64,000 nucleotides of DNA from Candidatus Omnitrophota bacterium (GCA_022711115.1 JAKLFP010000003.1:73199-137198); one strand, 5' to 3'; positions 9,764-18,884 are shown, counted from the first letter of the stretch. The notes: generated by a model from the sequence alone, not told the origin. Program-made: numbers and translations.

Positions 9764-12273
9764 GTTCCACCCCCCGCTTTTTTGACTCCGTTCGGGAATC
9801 TTGCGGCCAGGGTTTCGAGGATCTCGAGATCCGGGATCCCGGGTTTCTCCAGACGAAGACGTCTCTCTTCGGCAAGATCCACGGGATCCGTGGTTGCGGT
9901 CCAGTACTCGATCGGGTTCGGCTCAAGCTTTGCGATCACTCCCTGATCGTCGAATTTGATGAATATCTCGGAGTAGCGTCCCGGTTTCACCTCAAGGTCG
10001 CCGCAGGCCCGGATCTCGTTTTCATTGAGGCCGAACGCGGAAAGCTGGTCATGTCCTTTTTTGAGACGAAGGATATATTTCACGGGCGAGTTATTGACCA
10101 TCACCCCCGCGATCTTCGCTTCGAGGAAATCTTCGGGGTTCTGGCTGATGGAAAGCACCGCCCCATTGAATTTACGGGCGGTCCTGTAAAAAAGCTCGAT
10201 CAAGTCGGTGCCCTGCGTCTCTTTCAGGAGGTGCCAGCATTCATCCAGGACGAGGATCTTTTTAAGATCCAGGTTTTCGAATTTCCGTTTCAGGGCAAAG
10301 GGAATGATGAGAAGCAGGATCTCCTGAAGCTCGGGATACTGCGAGATTTTCCGGAGATCGAAGACGGTAAAACGCGCGTTAAAATCGAAACAGCCGGGAC
10401 GGTTCAGGATCTTTCCGTACTCTCCTTGCGTAAAAAGAGACAGTTCTTTCGCGAACTGGTAAGCGAGTTTCCGGTCCTCCTCGTCTCCAAACCCGAAACT
10501 GCGGAGCGTTTTCTCCACATCCCCGAGAAGCGGGGTCCCGTCACTCGGTATATCCCGGTAAACTTCCGAGATGGCGCGTTCCAGGATCATTTTTTCGCTC
10601 GAGGACCAGACGCGCGCCGGCGCGATCATTGTTTGGAGCAGTTCCTTCAGAAACTGAAGAAAAGTCGAGTCCGCATCGCCCGTTTCCGGAAACAGCACCT
10701 TTTTCGCGGGAAAAGGATTCAACGCGAATTTCTCGGAACATTCCACCTCGAGATAAGAGCCCTTCAGCACTCCCGCGAGTTTCCGGTAGCTCCCGCCAAG
10801 ATCGATCACGATCACGTCGTGCGCCGGGGATTCCATCAGGAAATGAAGAAGCAGGTGATTCGTGAAAAAGGATTTCCCGGAGCCGGTCGTGCCAAGCATC
10901 ACCGCGTGCTTCGCCTGAAGCCGCGCGTCGAAAAGATCGAACCGGAGCGGTTCATCCCGCCGCGTTTTGAGAAGAAGACCGATCTTTTCGGTCCCCGGCC
11001 AGCTCGCTTGCAGAGGAAGGAGATGCGCCAAAGACGCGGACCGGACAAGAAACGCGAGAGGATTTTCTGTGCCCTGAAGAGGCAGGAACGATAAAAAGAG
11101 ACGGTCGTGATTCATGTGATCTTCGAGGCCGGTCGCATCCCCGAGCCTCCGGAAACTCCGGAAGACTTCCGTCGAACGTTCGAGCGCTTCCTCGCGGGAA
11201 CAGGCGCGGACCATCACGGCAAGCGAGATATAGAAAAGTTTATCCGAGCTCTCGGCGATCTCGCTTAAGAGTTCGTCCGACTCGCCGGCTTTGACGATGG
11301 CGTCGTAATCCTTCGTCCGCGAATAGAGGCTCCTGGCCCTGGCGAAATTCCCCTGCCGCCGGATCTCGGATTTCTCGCGGTCCTGTTCCGGCACTTCCAC
11401 GGTAAGGGAAAGGAAATATTCCTTACCCAAACCTTCTTCGAAATTCCGCATGCATTTAAGATCCGTCGATTCGGGAAGCTGAAGAAGATTAAGAGCAGAG
11501 TGGAAATACCGGCTGATGAAAAAAGAGTCGTATTGAGTGACGGGCGCGCTCAAAAGCAGTTTCGATCTTAAACTCGAAGGGTCCTCGCCGTCTTCTTTCT
11601 CGAACGCGTGAAAATCGAAAGGGGCAACCTTTTCCGCGTGATAGGGGTTGAGAAGCTCGTAGCAGTATTTCAGGATCTCTTCATCTTTGAGAAGTTCGAC
11701 TTGGAACCCGAGATCGCGGAAACCGTCCCCCACTTCGCTCGATACTTTCAGAAGCTCGTTTTTCGCCGTCTGGAATTCCGATTCCGAAAGACGGTGCGCT
11801 TTCTTGCCGAAAAGAACCGAGAGATCGGGAAGAAACGAACGGCGGCGCGGGCAAGAAGGTGGGCGAACGATCACAAACAAAAAAACCTCTCTTTTGAGGA
11901 ACGGATTCTTCAGAAAACCGGAAATCTTGGATTCCACGAATTTTGGGGCTAGAGGTGCCTTATCCTGAATGGACTCTCGATATTCCTCGACTACCGCTTC
12001 ATCCCCGTTTTGGGCACGGACGATGAAGTGCAGAATGATCCCTTCGGGGAGACCATTCAGGAATTTCCGGATCTTTTTTTCGTGGTCCACGATTTCTGCC
12101 GGGTCTTTTAAAAGCAGATCCTGCGCGCCAAGCCTTAAACCTCGGCCGAGCGCTCCCGAAACTCCGGTCAGGATCCCTTCTTCGACGCCGTAGAGATCGA
12201 GTTCCCCGAGGAAAGAGGGTTTTCTTTCCCGCTGGATCAGATCCCGAACCTTGAGTAAACGGTTTGTGTTCAT
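9760..12273 (-). CDS. virB4: T4SS VirB4/TrbE-family ATPase
   Basis: Walker A GTTGSGKSFF and Walker B-like ILVLDECWHLL, ~840 aa. Start moved to MNTNRLL (ATG at 12273), which forms an ATGA overlap with the VirB3 stop; the track's longer start would overlap VirB3 by 87 nt. Confidence 0.85.
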   Translation of the reverse strand: MNTNRLLKVRDLIQRERKPSFLGELDLYGVEEGILTGVSGALGRGLRLGAQDLLLKDPAEIVDHEKKIRKFLNGLPEGIILHFIVRAQNGDEAVVEEYRESIQDKAPLAPKFVESKISGFLKNPFLKREVFLFVIVRPPSCPRRRSFLPDLSVLFGKKAHRLSESEFQTAKNELLKVSSEVGDGFRDLGFQVELLKDEEILKYCYELLNPYHAEKVAPFDFHAFEKEDGEDPSSLRSKLLLSAPVTQYDSFFISRYFHSALNLLQLPESTDLKCMRNFEEGLGKEYFLSLTVEVPEQDREKSEIRRQGNFARARSLYSRTKDYDAIVKAGESDELLSEIAESSDKLFYISLAVMVRACSREEALERSTEVFRSFRRLGDATGLEDHMNHDRLFLSFLPLQGTENPLAFLVRSASLAHLLPLQASWPGTEKIGLLLKTRRDEPLRFDLFDARLQAKHAVMLGTTGSGKSFFTNHLLLHFLMESPAHDVIVIDLGGSYRKLAGVLKGSYLEVECSEKFALNPFPAKKVLFPETGDADSTFLQFLKELLQTMIAPARVWSSSEKMILERAISEVYRDIPSDGTPLLGDVEKTLRSFGFGDEEDRKLAYQFAKELSLFTQGEYGKILNRPGCFDFNARFTVFDLRKISQYPELQEILLLIIPFALKRKFENLDLKKILVLDECWHLLKETQGTDLIELFYRTARKFNGAVLSISQNPEDFLEAKIAGVMVNNSPVKYILRLKKGHDQLSAFGLNENEIRACGDLEVKPGRYSEIFIKFDDQGVIAKLEPNPIEYWTATTDPVDLAEERRLRLEKPGIPDLEILETLAARFPNGVKKAGGGT

Positions 12274-12551
12274 TTTAGAAATTGATCCTCTTTTCTTTCG
12301 CGTTTCAAGGGGTATTCTCTCGGGTGCATAAGAAACCGAAGCACCGATCCAGACCAATGCGGCGCTTTGCCGCGTTTGTAGAACCGGAGCCCGAGATACG
12401 ACGCCGTCACAATCGCAAGATTCAAGATCAGGTTGTTCGAGAGAACGAAAATGACCATATAAATAACGAGCAATACCAAAAGGTCGAAGAACTCGAGCCC
12501 GAAGATTTTGTTGCTCGTTTGAATTTTGTTGTAGCCTTTGACGGTGTTCAT
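12270..12551 (-). CDS. T4SS VirB3/TrbD-like small membrane protein
   Basis: 93 aa with one or two TM helices, immediately upstream of and translationally coupled to VirB4. Confidence 0.5.
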   Translation of the reverse strand: MNTVKGYNKIQTSNKIFGLEFFDLLVLLVIYMVIFVLSNNLILNLAIVTASYLGLRFYKRGKAPHWSGSVLRFLMHPREYPLKRERKEDQFLK

Positions 12552-12557
12552 TTTTTC

Positions 12558-12872
12558 CTAGAACCTCGTTATGTTTTGAATGAATGCGAGAATCGCGCGG
12601 GAAAGCAGGATCAAAGCACCGCCCGTCGCGGCAAGAGCGCCGCGCTGCATCCCCCGCTCGTCCCCAAGAGCCATGGAGACTCCGGCCACGGCGACTCCGA
12701 TCACGAGCACCGCGGGACCGACGATCCGGATCAGAAAATCACCGACCCCCTCGAGAAAAGCGTTGAGATCGGATTCGGAAGTCGCCTCCGCAAACGCCAT
12801 ATGCGAGCGAAGGAACAAAACCGCTCCGAACAAAAGCACCTTTAGAATTTCGAGTTTGAAGTTTTTTTTCAT
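12558..12872 (-). CDS. T4SS VirB2/TrbC-like pilin
   Basis: 104 aa; signal peptide followed by two hydrophobic segments with a Gly/Ala-rich loop, typical of T-pilin. First gene of the virB2-B10 block. Confidence 0.5.
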   Translation of the reverse strand: MKKNFKLEILKVLLFGAVLFLRSHMAFAEATSESDLNAFLEGVGDFLIRIVGPAVLVIGVAVAGVSMALGDERGMQRGALAATGGALILLSRAILAFIQNITRF

Positions 12873-12967
12873 TCTGTCTCTTTCCCCCTCCCCTAAGGGA
12901 GGGGAGCAGTGAGCGAATCCCCTGTGTGCCTAATGGCAATATTGAGTTGTCGGGATGTCACTGTCCC

Positions 12968-13037
12968 CTCATATAGGGGTCAGAAACGGGCATTTTTTGA
13001 CGGATCGGACGACACCCGTTCTCTAGAAAATATTTTT
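12968..13037 (-). promoter_or_regulatory. ~70-bp conserved element, copy A, upstream of pilin operon (candidate shared promoter/operator)
   Basis: ctcatataggggtcagaaacgggcattttttgacggatcggacgacacccgttctctagaaaatattttt lies 95-165 bp upstream of the VirB2 start. It overlaps the last 4 codons of the regulator gene and is ~93% identical to 23478-23546. Confidence 0.5.
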
Positions 13038-13652
13038 TTGGACCCTCGCGTAAATGTTGGTGAGAGTGCTTTTGGAGACCCCCAATCTTTTGGCGATTTC
13101 GGCAAAACTGAGCCCCTGTTTTTCATGCAGCTCGATAATGCTCTTCTGGTAGGGCGTCAAAGAATGGCTGGCGAGCTTTCTTTTTCGGGAAAGAGCCAGG
13201 ATTTGCATTTCGGCTTTGTGCGCTTTGAGGATCGCAGCCTCGACTCTTTTTTTCAGGTACCACAGGCTATTCTGGTTTATGCCAAGCTTCTGTTGCACCT
13301 GTTCCTCGGAAATCCTGTCCACATACACGAGCTGGTAACAGGCTCGCTGCATAGGCGTAAACTTTGCCTTTTGCGCCAAATGCCTTAGCCTCGAATCCCG
13401 GCTGCGTTCCTCCGCCGCTAATTCGTCTTCTGCTTCGATTCTCGCGAGTTCGTCCGCCGGCGACGGAGCGGATGCCAAATTCTCCTTCACTTCCAGCTCG
13501 AAAGGCGTCAGCTCCTCTTGATACGGATTGTGTTCGATCCTGTGGTAGTCGGCGTTCCTAGACCTCCTTCCCTTTTCGAACCAAACGAGCGATTCCTGCT
13601 CCTCCTTCGCCGGATGTGCGCCAGAAACATCTTCTTTCGCGTTCTTTTCCAT
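13023..13652 (-). CDS. tandem helix-turn-helix DNA-binding protein (two sigma-70 region-4/LuxR-like HTH units)
   Basis: Start at MEKNAKE (ATG 13652, RBS GGAAACG). Two HTH-like segments, QRACYQLVYVDRISEEQVQQKLGINQNSLWYLKKRV and TPYQKSIIELHEKQGLSFAEIAKRLGVSKSTLTNIYARV. The upstream 45 codons of the track ORF lack an RBS. Confidence 0.55.
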   Translation of the reverse strand: MEKNAKEDVSGAHPAKEEQESLVWFEKGRRSRNADYHRIEHNPYQEELTPFELEVKENLASAPSPADELARIEAEDELAAEERSRDSRLRHLAQKAKFTPMQRACYQLVYVDRISEEQVQQKLGINQNSLWYLKKRVEAAILKAHKAEMQILALSRKRKLASHSLTPYQKSIIELHEKQGLSFAEIAKRLGVSKSTLTNIYARVQKNIF

Positions 13653-14378
13653 TTTCGTTTCCTTTCCGCCGTGCGGAAGGAACCGGAAACGGACACAAAA
13701 AAACGGCAATCCGGAAGAGACTGCCGCTTGAGGTAAAATTAAAAATCGAAGATTACTTTCTGAAAAGGGATGTGCATCTGAACACACGATCCCCGGCGAG
13801 GCTTTACCCGAAAAGGGAAAAAGAGCCTTTTAATCGGCCGGAATTCGTGTCGAAGCTATTTCAAGAAAGGCGATCCGGAACGGAGAACTTTTCGAAATAG
13901 CGGGCGTGGAAGATCAATCTGTGGAAGGAGCCCTGTGGCTTCATCCGCGAATGGACGCAAATTACCTGCAAGCGGAGAATCCTCCGCATTGCCGCGTCCA
14001 TTTCGGTGACCCCACACGGCTATGGGTTGAAGCCAAGGCCTTTCGCGCCAGCCCGAAAGCTGTGTTCTGGGACTTGGTTCTGTAATGGGATTGCCATTCT
14101 GACAATCCCGACTCTCAAGGCGCTCCCTGCCTCACGAGTCATGTTGAGAATACGCCACTGCTCTTTCAAGCGATGGCGTTTCAAGATTCGCGACTTTCGC
14201 CACGAGCCTTTTGTTTTTGAGAGCTTCAAGAGAAACCCTAACAGGCAGTTTCGAATTTTGCAAGTTTTCGAATGAGATTTTCGGAATGCCGTAAAAAAAG
14301 AGGATATTTCATTATCAAAACATAGCAACTTTGATCCGTCCGGGCACAAAAAAAGACCGTTTTAAGGCTGCCGCTGTA

Positions 14379-14410
14379 GAAGACGGCGGGGTTCCCTTAC
14401 CGCCGTCTTC
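14379..14410 (-). terminator. stem-loop downstream of gene 14417-14809 (possible terminator)
   Basis: gaagacggcgg/ccgccgtcttc, an 11-bp perfect stem, 7 nt after the stop. The T-run is ~20 nt further downstream, so it is not a canonical terminator. Confidence 0.3.
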
Positions 14411-14416
14411 CGCATG

Positions 14417-14809
14417 TTAACGCTTCCGAAACCAACGCATCAGATCCCGGCCAACATACTTTAATGTCGACCAGGACGAACGCACTTCCGTAGAGACCGA
14501 ATTACTCCGGTGAGCGGGACTATTTTCGGCAGAACAATTCTCCGGTCCATACGAAATGGGCGCTTGAGGCGAAGAAGTTTGTCCCGAAGAATTCTGGACC
14601 GGAGAAACGGCTTGGACATTCTTATCCGGCCTAAGACGAGAGAACACCGAAGCAAATGCTCCGCAGCATCCCTTTGCGAGCAAAAACAGAAGCGCCGCCA
14701 GGATCGTCCACCGCAGGATCCAGCGGAATATCCACGCGCCAAGCCGGATTATTACCTCTTTTACCCATACCACCGCCGTTTTGATCTCGTTTAAAACAAA
14801 TGTCATCAT
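14417..14809 (-). CDS. hypothetical membrane protein
   Basis: MM start preceded by GAGGAGG; N-terminal TM helices (WIFRWILRWTILAALLFLLA). Confidence 0.45.
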   Translation of the reverse strand: MMTFVLNEIKTAVVWVKEVIIRLGAWIFRWILRWTILAALLFLLAKGCCGAFASVFSRLRPDKNVQAVSPVQNSSGQTSSPQAPISYGPENCSAENSPAHRSNSVSTEVRSSWSTLKYVGRDLMRWFRKR

Positions 14810-14860
14810 GATTTTTGAAACCTCCTCTCTTAAGATCCAACATAGAATCTTTCTGCCGGA

Positions 14861-15001
14861 TCAGTATTTGAATTTCTCGAATTTCCATCTCCCTTCACGA
14901 AGCCATTTCTTAAACTCCCGCCGCTCCCGCAAAGTTTCGATCACGGCGTACAGAATCGCGACCGGGATCATGACGAGGAGCAACGCTAAAAAATCATTCA
15001 T
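14861..15001 (-). CDS. small hydrophobic ORF (46 aa)
   Basis: MNDFLALLLVMIPVAILYAVIETLRERREFKKWLREGRWKFEKFKY with RBS GGAGGGTG 5 nt upstream. Below the track's length cutoff. Confidence 0.35.
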   Translation of the reverse strand: MNDFLALLLVMIPVAILYAVIETLRERREFKKWLREGRWKFEKFKY

Positions 15002-15101
15002 AATTCACCCTCCTCTTCCTAAAAAAGAAAACGGAGCACACCGCCTTTGGCGCACTCCGTTTTCGAACTGGTTCGATACGACTACCCGAAACTATTTGCG
15101 T

Positions 15102-15479
15102 TTAGTCTTCTCCTTCCAGCATGATCGTTACGCAAGGCTCCATTTCATCGCCCGGCCCGCACTTCGCCCACATGCGGACAGGTTTTGCCATAGGGTTTCC
15201 CGGCATCACAAAAAGCGGGGCAAAATGGATCTCATCGCCTTTCGAGGATTTTGCGGTCATTCTGAAAACCATGAGAAGATCCCACGCTCTTCCCTTAAGA
15301 TCCTGCCCCGGGCTGCTCGTTTCGTTCAAAACACTGAAGACTCCCTGCGTGACCGCTACCGGAAATTTGATGCCGGCCTCTTTTGCCAGCTCCGAAATAT
15401 CCACAAGCACGCCGTCCTCAAGAGCTTGCTTTCTGGTGTATTTGAAAATAACATCCGCTTCCCCGAAAATATCATCCAT
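15102..15479 (-). CDS. hypothetical protein
   Basis: 125 aa, RBS GGAGGG 8 nt upstream, no recognised motif. Confidence 0.45.
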   Translation of the reverse strand: MDDIFGEADVIFKYTRKQALEDGVLVDISELAKEAGIKFPVAVTQGVFSVLNETSSPGQDLKGRAWDLLMVFRMTAKSSKGDEIHFAPLFVMPGNPMAKPVRMWAKCGPGDEMEPCVTIMLEGED

Positions 15480-15551
15480 GATTTAACCCTCCTGTTTTAC
15501 GAGACACGAAAGGCGGGGTCACAAAACCCCGCCTTTCTGCCGCGTCGTTTT

Positions 15552-16613
15552 TTAAACTCCCGAGAGCTCGAAAAGTTCCGGGGATTCCTCGTTCGCCTCT
15601 CTGCCGCCCCGGCCGCGCCCGAACGAATCCAGACAATCGAAGCTGCACGACTCGCACATGAACCGGCGGCTCATCTCGTCATAGTAAAGCTCCCCCGTCT
15701 CGAATTCGCGGCGGCATGCCGCGCAAACGATCTTCGAATGTTCGCCGATCCCCGAACCTTCGAAGAAGCCGAAGCCCTCGAGGTCCGCGAACGAGAAGAA
15801 ATTCGGCTGACTTCCCGGCCGGAAATCGTCCTCCGCCCAACGCGACGGAGCCGGCCTTTCGCAGGATTTCATCGCGCATACCGTTTTCCGGAGATGGCTT
15901 CTCCCGTTGAAATCCCTGACGTCGGCGGTATAGAGATGATCCTCTTTGATCTGCCAAACGGAACCTTTCAGGCCGTTACGGGCAAGCGCATACTCGAGAT
16001 GTTCCGCGTCGCTGGCCCAGAAAAGCGTCCGGAGGGACGGAACATACGCGATATGGAGGGGCCGATCTTCGTTCCGGATCAAAAAGAGCCGGTCCGGATC
16101 GTTTTTCAGCGAGAAACCCAAAGCAAAATCCCCTTCCATCTCGCTTAGCTTCGATACGAACCCTTTCGAGTCCTTCTCCCCGTCAAGGACCCTGAAAATC
16201 GCTTCGCTGTCGACCGGGGTCGCCGCTTTTTTTCCGTATTTCTTGAGCAACGCCTCGCGGTTCAGGAAATGACCGTTATGCACCCCGAGAAAATCATCCG
16301 ACTCGAAGGGATGGCAGTGGCAGTTCCGGACATCCCCAACCGTTGCGAGGCGGGTATGCCCGAGACAGATCTGCGTGCCCTCCGAGATCGCCCGGATCAT
16401 TTTCTGGAACCGTTTCGTCCTGAGGAGTTTCCCAGCGGGCGACGCTTCCTTGAACATCATCCACTTCCCACGGGAAAGCAGCGCGATCCCGGTCCCGTCC
16501 TTTCCCCGCGTTTCGTTCAGAAACGCAAGATCCATCACGGCCCCCCTGATCCTGAAGCGTTCAAGAACATTCAAATGCCCTTCTTTCCTTGCAAATCCGT
16601 AGATTCCGCACAT
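15552..16613 (-). CDS. class II (Ntn-type) glutamine-amidotransferase-like protein with C-terminal zinc ribbon; predicted partner of the amidoligase
   Basis: True start MCGIYGF (Met-Cys N-terminus typical of class II GATases) at ATG 16613 with RBS AAGGAGGA. C-terminal CAACRREF...YYDEMSRRFMCESCSFDC is a CxxC...CxxC ribbon. The 59-codon track extension has no RBS. Confidence 0.75.
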   Translation of the reverse strand: MCGIYGFARKEGHLNVLERFRIRGAVMDLAFLNETRGKDGTGIALLSRGKWMMFKEASPAGKLLRTKRFQKMIRAISEGTQICLGHTRLATVGDVRNCHCHPFESDDFLGVHNGHFLNREALLKKYGKKAATPVDSEAIFRVLDGEKDSKGFVSKLSEMEGDFALGFSLKNDPDRLFLIRNEDRPLHIAYVPSLRTLFWASDAEHLEYALARNGLKGSVWQIKEDHLYTADVRDFNGRSHLRKTVCAMKSCERPAPSRWAEDDFRPGSQPNFFSFADLEGFGFFEGSGIGEHSKIVCAACRREFETGELYYDEMSRRFMCESCSFDCLDSFGRGRGGREANEESPELFELSGV

Positions 16614-16663
16614 GACACGATCCTCCTTGTTTTTTCGAGTTGGATTGTTCGATAGCAGCCTGA

Positions 16664-17941
16664 TTAAACAGCCGGGCAGGAAAAACGTTCGGGATGGAAC
16701 TTCGCGACGCGGTCGCGCATATACGCGCCGAGCCCCGCAGGAACGCCGAGGAACGAGACGAATCCCTCGAAACGCTCCTTGAAACCGCAATTCGGAAGCG
16801 CCTTGAACGTCTTACTCTCTTTCGCTTTGTCAACGAGCGCCTGGCAGATCACGATGAAATTCGTGATCTTCTGGGCGTTCAAAGTCCCGGAATGGTAACG
16901 GAACTCGAGCGAGCGCCTGAAAAACCAGGAGTGGATATTGAGCCCGTAGTAGCGGGAGTGGTGATACTTGGACTTGAGGTCGACTCTCCCGCTCCCCCGG
17001 GGGCCATACCAGAGCTTTTTGAGCGCTTCTTCGTCCCTTGCCGCGATCCGGAACCTCGATTTCGGAAACCGTTCGAGCGGGACGGAATAACTTCCCTCAT
17101 GGCGGGATTCGGGAAGCATGGCGTAAAGCACCGGCTCGAAGTATCGCGTGATCTTGAGGATCTTCTTGATGTCCTCGCACCCAAGATCCCGGCCGTCGAT
17201 ATGCACGTGAAGACCGCAGGAGCGGTTCACGAAATAACCCCACCCTTGAAGGATCCCCGCGAATTTCCGGATCTCATGGAATCCTTCGTCTCCTTGGAGG
17301 ATGGGGCTTACGTACTCCCGCCCGTCGTCTCCTAAAGACCCGTCCGTCACCTGTTTCCAGTCCTTGAGCCGTTCGTGCGGAAGATGCTCCGCTCCCTCTC
17401 CCATCATGGCCTCGATTTCGATCCCGTACTTGCGCGGGGACGGACATACGGAGAAACTCTTTCCGGAAAATTCGGGATACCTGGGCGAAGCGTCCGTTTC
17501 GCGGCTGTCCCAGCAGTCCTCGCAATATTCGTCGCCGTCGTCGTTGCGGAAACACGAATCGGGATCGATCTGATCGCGGCACGCGGCGCAATACGTCACG
17601 CGCTCGCTAAAACAACTCTCGCAATAATCCCGGTCGTGAAGCTCGGAATAATGCGCGCGGCCGGTCGGGACATACTCTTCGCATCCGGCACAATACCGGA
17701 AATTCTCGTCCAGGCATTCCCCGCAATAGCATTTCCCGTTTACTTTCTTCATTTCCTCTTTCCAAAAGACTTCGCCGCATTGGGCGCATGCCCCGGCCAG
17801 CTCGTGAAAACAGTCCCGGCACAGGACTTTGCCTCCGTGCTCGAGATACACGAGTCCCGGATCTTCGGCGCGGCAGTTCGAACAGATCTTGAGACCGGAG
17901 GCCGCAGCGGGCTCTTTCGAAAGTTGAACGCTTGTTGTCAT
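16664..17941 (-). CDS. Amidoligase_2-family (glutamine-synthetase-like fold) protein fused to an N-terminal array of ~4 CxxC...CxxC zinc ribbons
   Basis: C-terminal half GIEIEAMM...GLHVHIDGRDL...YYGLNIHSW...LEFRYHSGTLNAQKITNF matches the Amidoligase_2 (PF12224) pattern, which starts with the G-x-E-x-E block. N-terminal 140 aa carry CSNC..CRDC, CAQC..CGEC, CAGC..CESC, CAAC..CEDC. RBS AAAGGAGA. Confidence 0.65.
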   Translation of the reverse strand: MTTSVQLSKEPAAASGLKICSNCRAEDPGLVYLEHGGKVLCRDCFHELAGACAQCGEVFWKEEMKKVNGKCYCGECLDENFRYCAGCEEYVPTGRAHYSELHDRDYCESCFSERVTYCAACRDQIDPDSCFRNDDGDEYCEDCWDSRETDASPRYPEFSGKSFSVCPSPRKYGIEIEAMMGEGAEHLPHERLKDWKQVTDGSLGDDGREYVSPILQGDEGFHEIRKFAGILQGWGYFVNRSCGLHVHIDGRDLGCEDIKKILKITRYFEPVLYAMLPESRHEGSYSVPLERFPKSRFRIAARDEEALKKLWYGPRGSGRVDLKSKYHHSRYYGLNIHSWFFRRSLEFRYHSGTLNAQKITNFIVICQALVDKAKESKTFKALPNCGFKERFEGFVSFLGVPAGLGAYMRDRVAKFHPERFSCPAV

Positions 17942-17985
17942 GGAGAATCTCCTTTCGCGTTGAAAAAAAGTTGTCTTTGGCGTTT

Positions 17986-18648
17986 TTAAAGCTGGTTACG
18001 TTCCGAAAAACTGAAGTATTGGTTCTCGCCGACGATGATGTGATCGAGAACGCGGACCGAAACCGTCTGGCAGGCCGCTTTGATTTTCTGAGTGATCTCG
18101 TAGTCCTCGCGGCTTGGTTCGATCTTCCCGGAGGGGTGGTTATGAACGAGCACGATATTCGACGAATTCCGAAGAAGCGCTTCTTTCACGACCTCGCGGG
18201 GATGCACGGCGGCTTCGTCGACCGTGCCGAAAAAGATGTCTTTGTCGCCGAGAATCTTCAGGGCTTTGTCGAGAAACATCACCCTGAAGACCTCCCGCTT
18301 CAGGTCTCTCAGGCTCGCCGAAAGATAGTCCGTGACCGCTTGGGGACTCCGGACGAAGCTCTGGCCGATGATCCCCTGCCTCAGAACGCGGCGGCCGATC
18401 TCCCGGACGGCCTGAAGCTGGATCCTTTGCGCCTCCGGCAAATCCCCGAGATCGAAAAGCTGGCGGAGCCCGCCCGCCTTATTCAGGATCTCGAGGGCAA
18501 CATCCACTTCCGTTTGCTCGTAAGTGCACTTTTTCAGGATAAGAGACAAAAGCTCGGCGTCCGATAACGCTTCGATTCCTTTGTCTTTCGCCCGCGCCGA
18601 AGGTTGCTCGCTCTCCGGCCAATCCTTGACCGATAATTTTTTTCGCAT
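17986..18648 (-). CDS. radC: RadC-family JAB/MPN-domain protein
   Basis: HNHPSG JAMM motif and RadC N-terminal signature (KDWPESEQPSAR...GIEALSDAELLSLIL aligned to LPEEERPRERL...GAEALSDAELLAILL). Start at MRKKLSV (ATG 18648, RBS AAGGAGA). Confidence 0.8.
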   Translation of the reverse strand: MRKKLSVKDWPESEQPSARAKDKGIEALSDAELLSLILKKCTYEQTEVDVALEILNKAGGLRQLFDLGDLPEAQRIQLQAVREIGRRVLRQGIIGQSFVRSPQAVTDYLSASLRDLKREVFRVMFLDKALKILGDKDIFFGTVDEAAVHPREVVKEALLRNSSNIVLVHNHPSGKIEPSREDYEITQKIKAACQTVSVRVLDHIIVGENQYFSFSERNQL

Positions 18649-18722
18649 GACTGCGGTCTCCTTTGAAGACAAAAAGGGCGGGAAGAACGAAATGCTCTCC
18701 CCGCCCGCCGTTGAAAGATCCT

Positions 18723-18815
18723 TCACTTCACGATTACTTCCCAGCCGCGGCGTCTGAAACGCTCGATCAGCGCGGCGTATTTGATCTCATCTGCTTTGCG
18801 GATAATGAGACGCAT
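18723..18815 (-). CDS. possible small ORF (30 aa, basic)
   Basis: MRLIIRKADEIKYAALIERFRRRGWEVIVK preceded by a strong GGGAGGTG 6 nt upstream; it sits between the PC4-like gene terminator and radC. Could equally be a leader or decoy. Confidence 0.25.
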   Translation of the reverse strand: MRLIIRKADEIKYAALIERFRRRGWEVIVK

Positions 18816-18830
18816 GGAAATCACCTCCCT

Positions 18831-18884
18831 CTTTTTAAAAATGAAAAGGGGGGAAACGGTCGAAAATGCGGACCGCTTCCCCCT
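18831..18884 (-). terminator. rho-independent terminator after PC4-like gene 18911-19429
   Basis: Minus-strand GC stem (gggggaagcggtc/gaccgtttccccc) followed by TTTTCATTTTTAAAAAG. Confidence 0.55.

Noticed and set aside
16614-16790. N-terminal extensions of the track ORFs for GATase (to 16790), radC (to 18726), hrcA (to 48672), virB4 (to 12357), regulator (to 13787) and XRE (from 25309)
   Set aside because: Each internal ATG is preceded by a good AAAGGAG-type RBS and gives a canonical family N-terminus (MCGI…, MRKK…PESEQPSAR, MEQLSERQ…, etc.). The extensions lack RBSs and overlap upstream genes.
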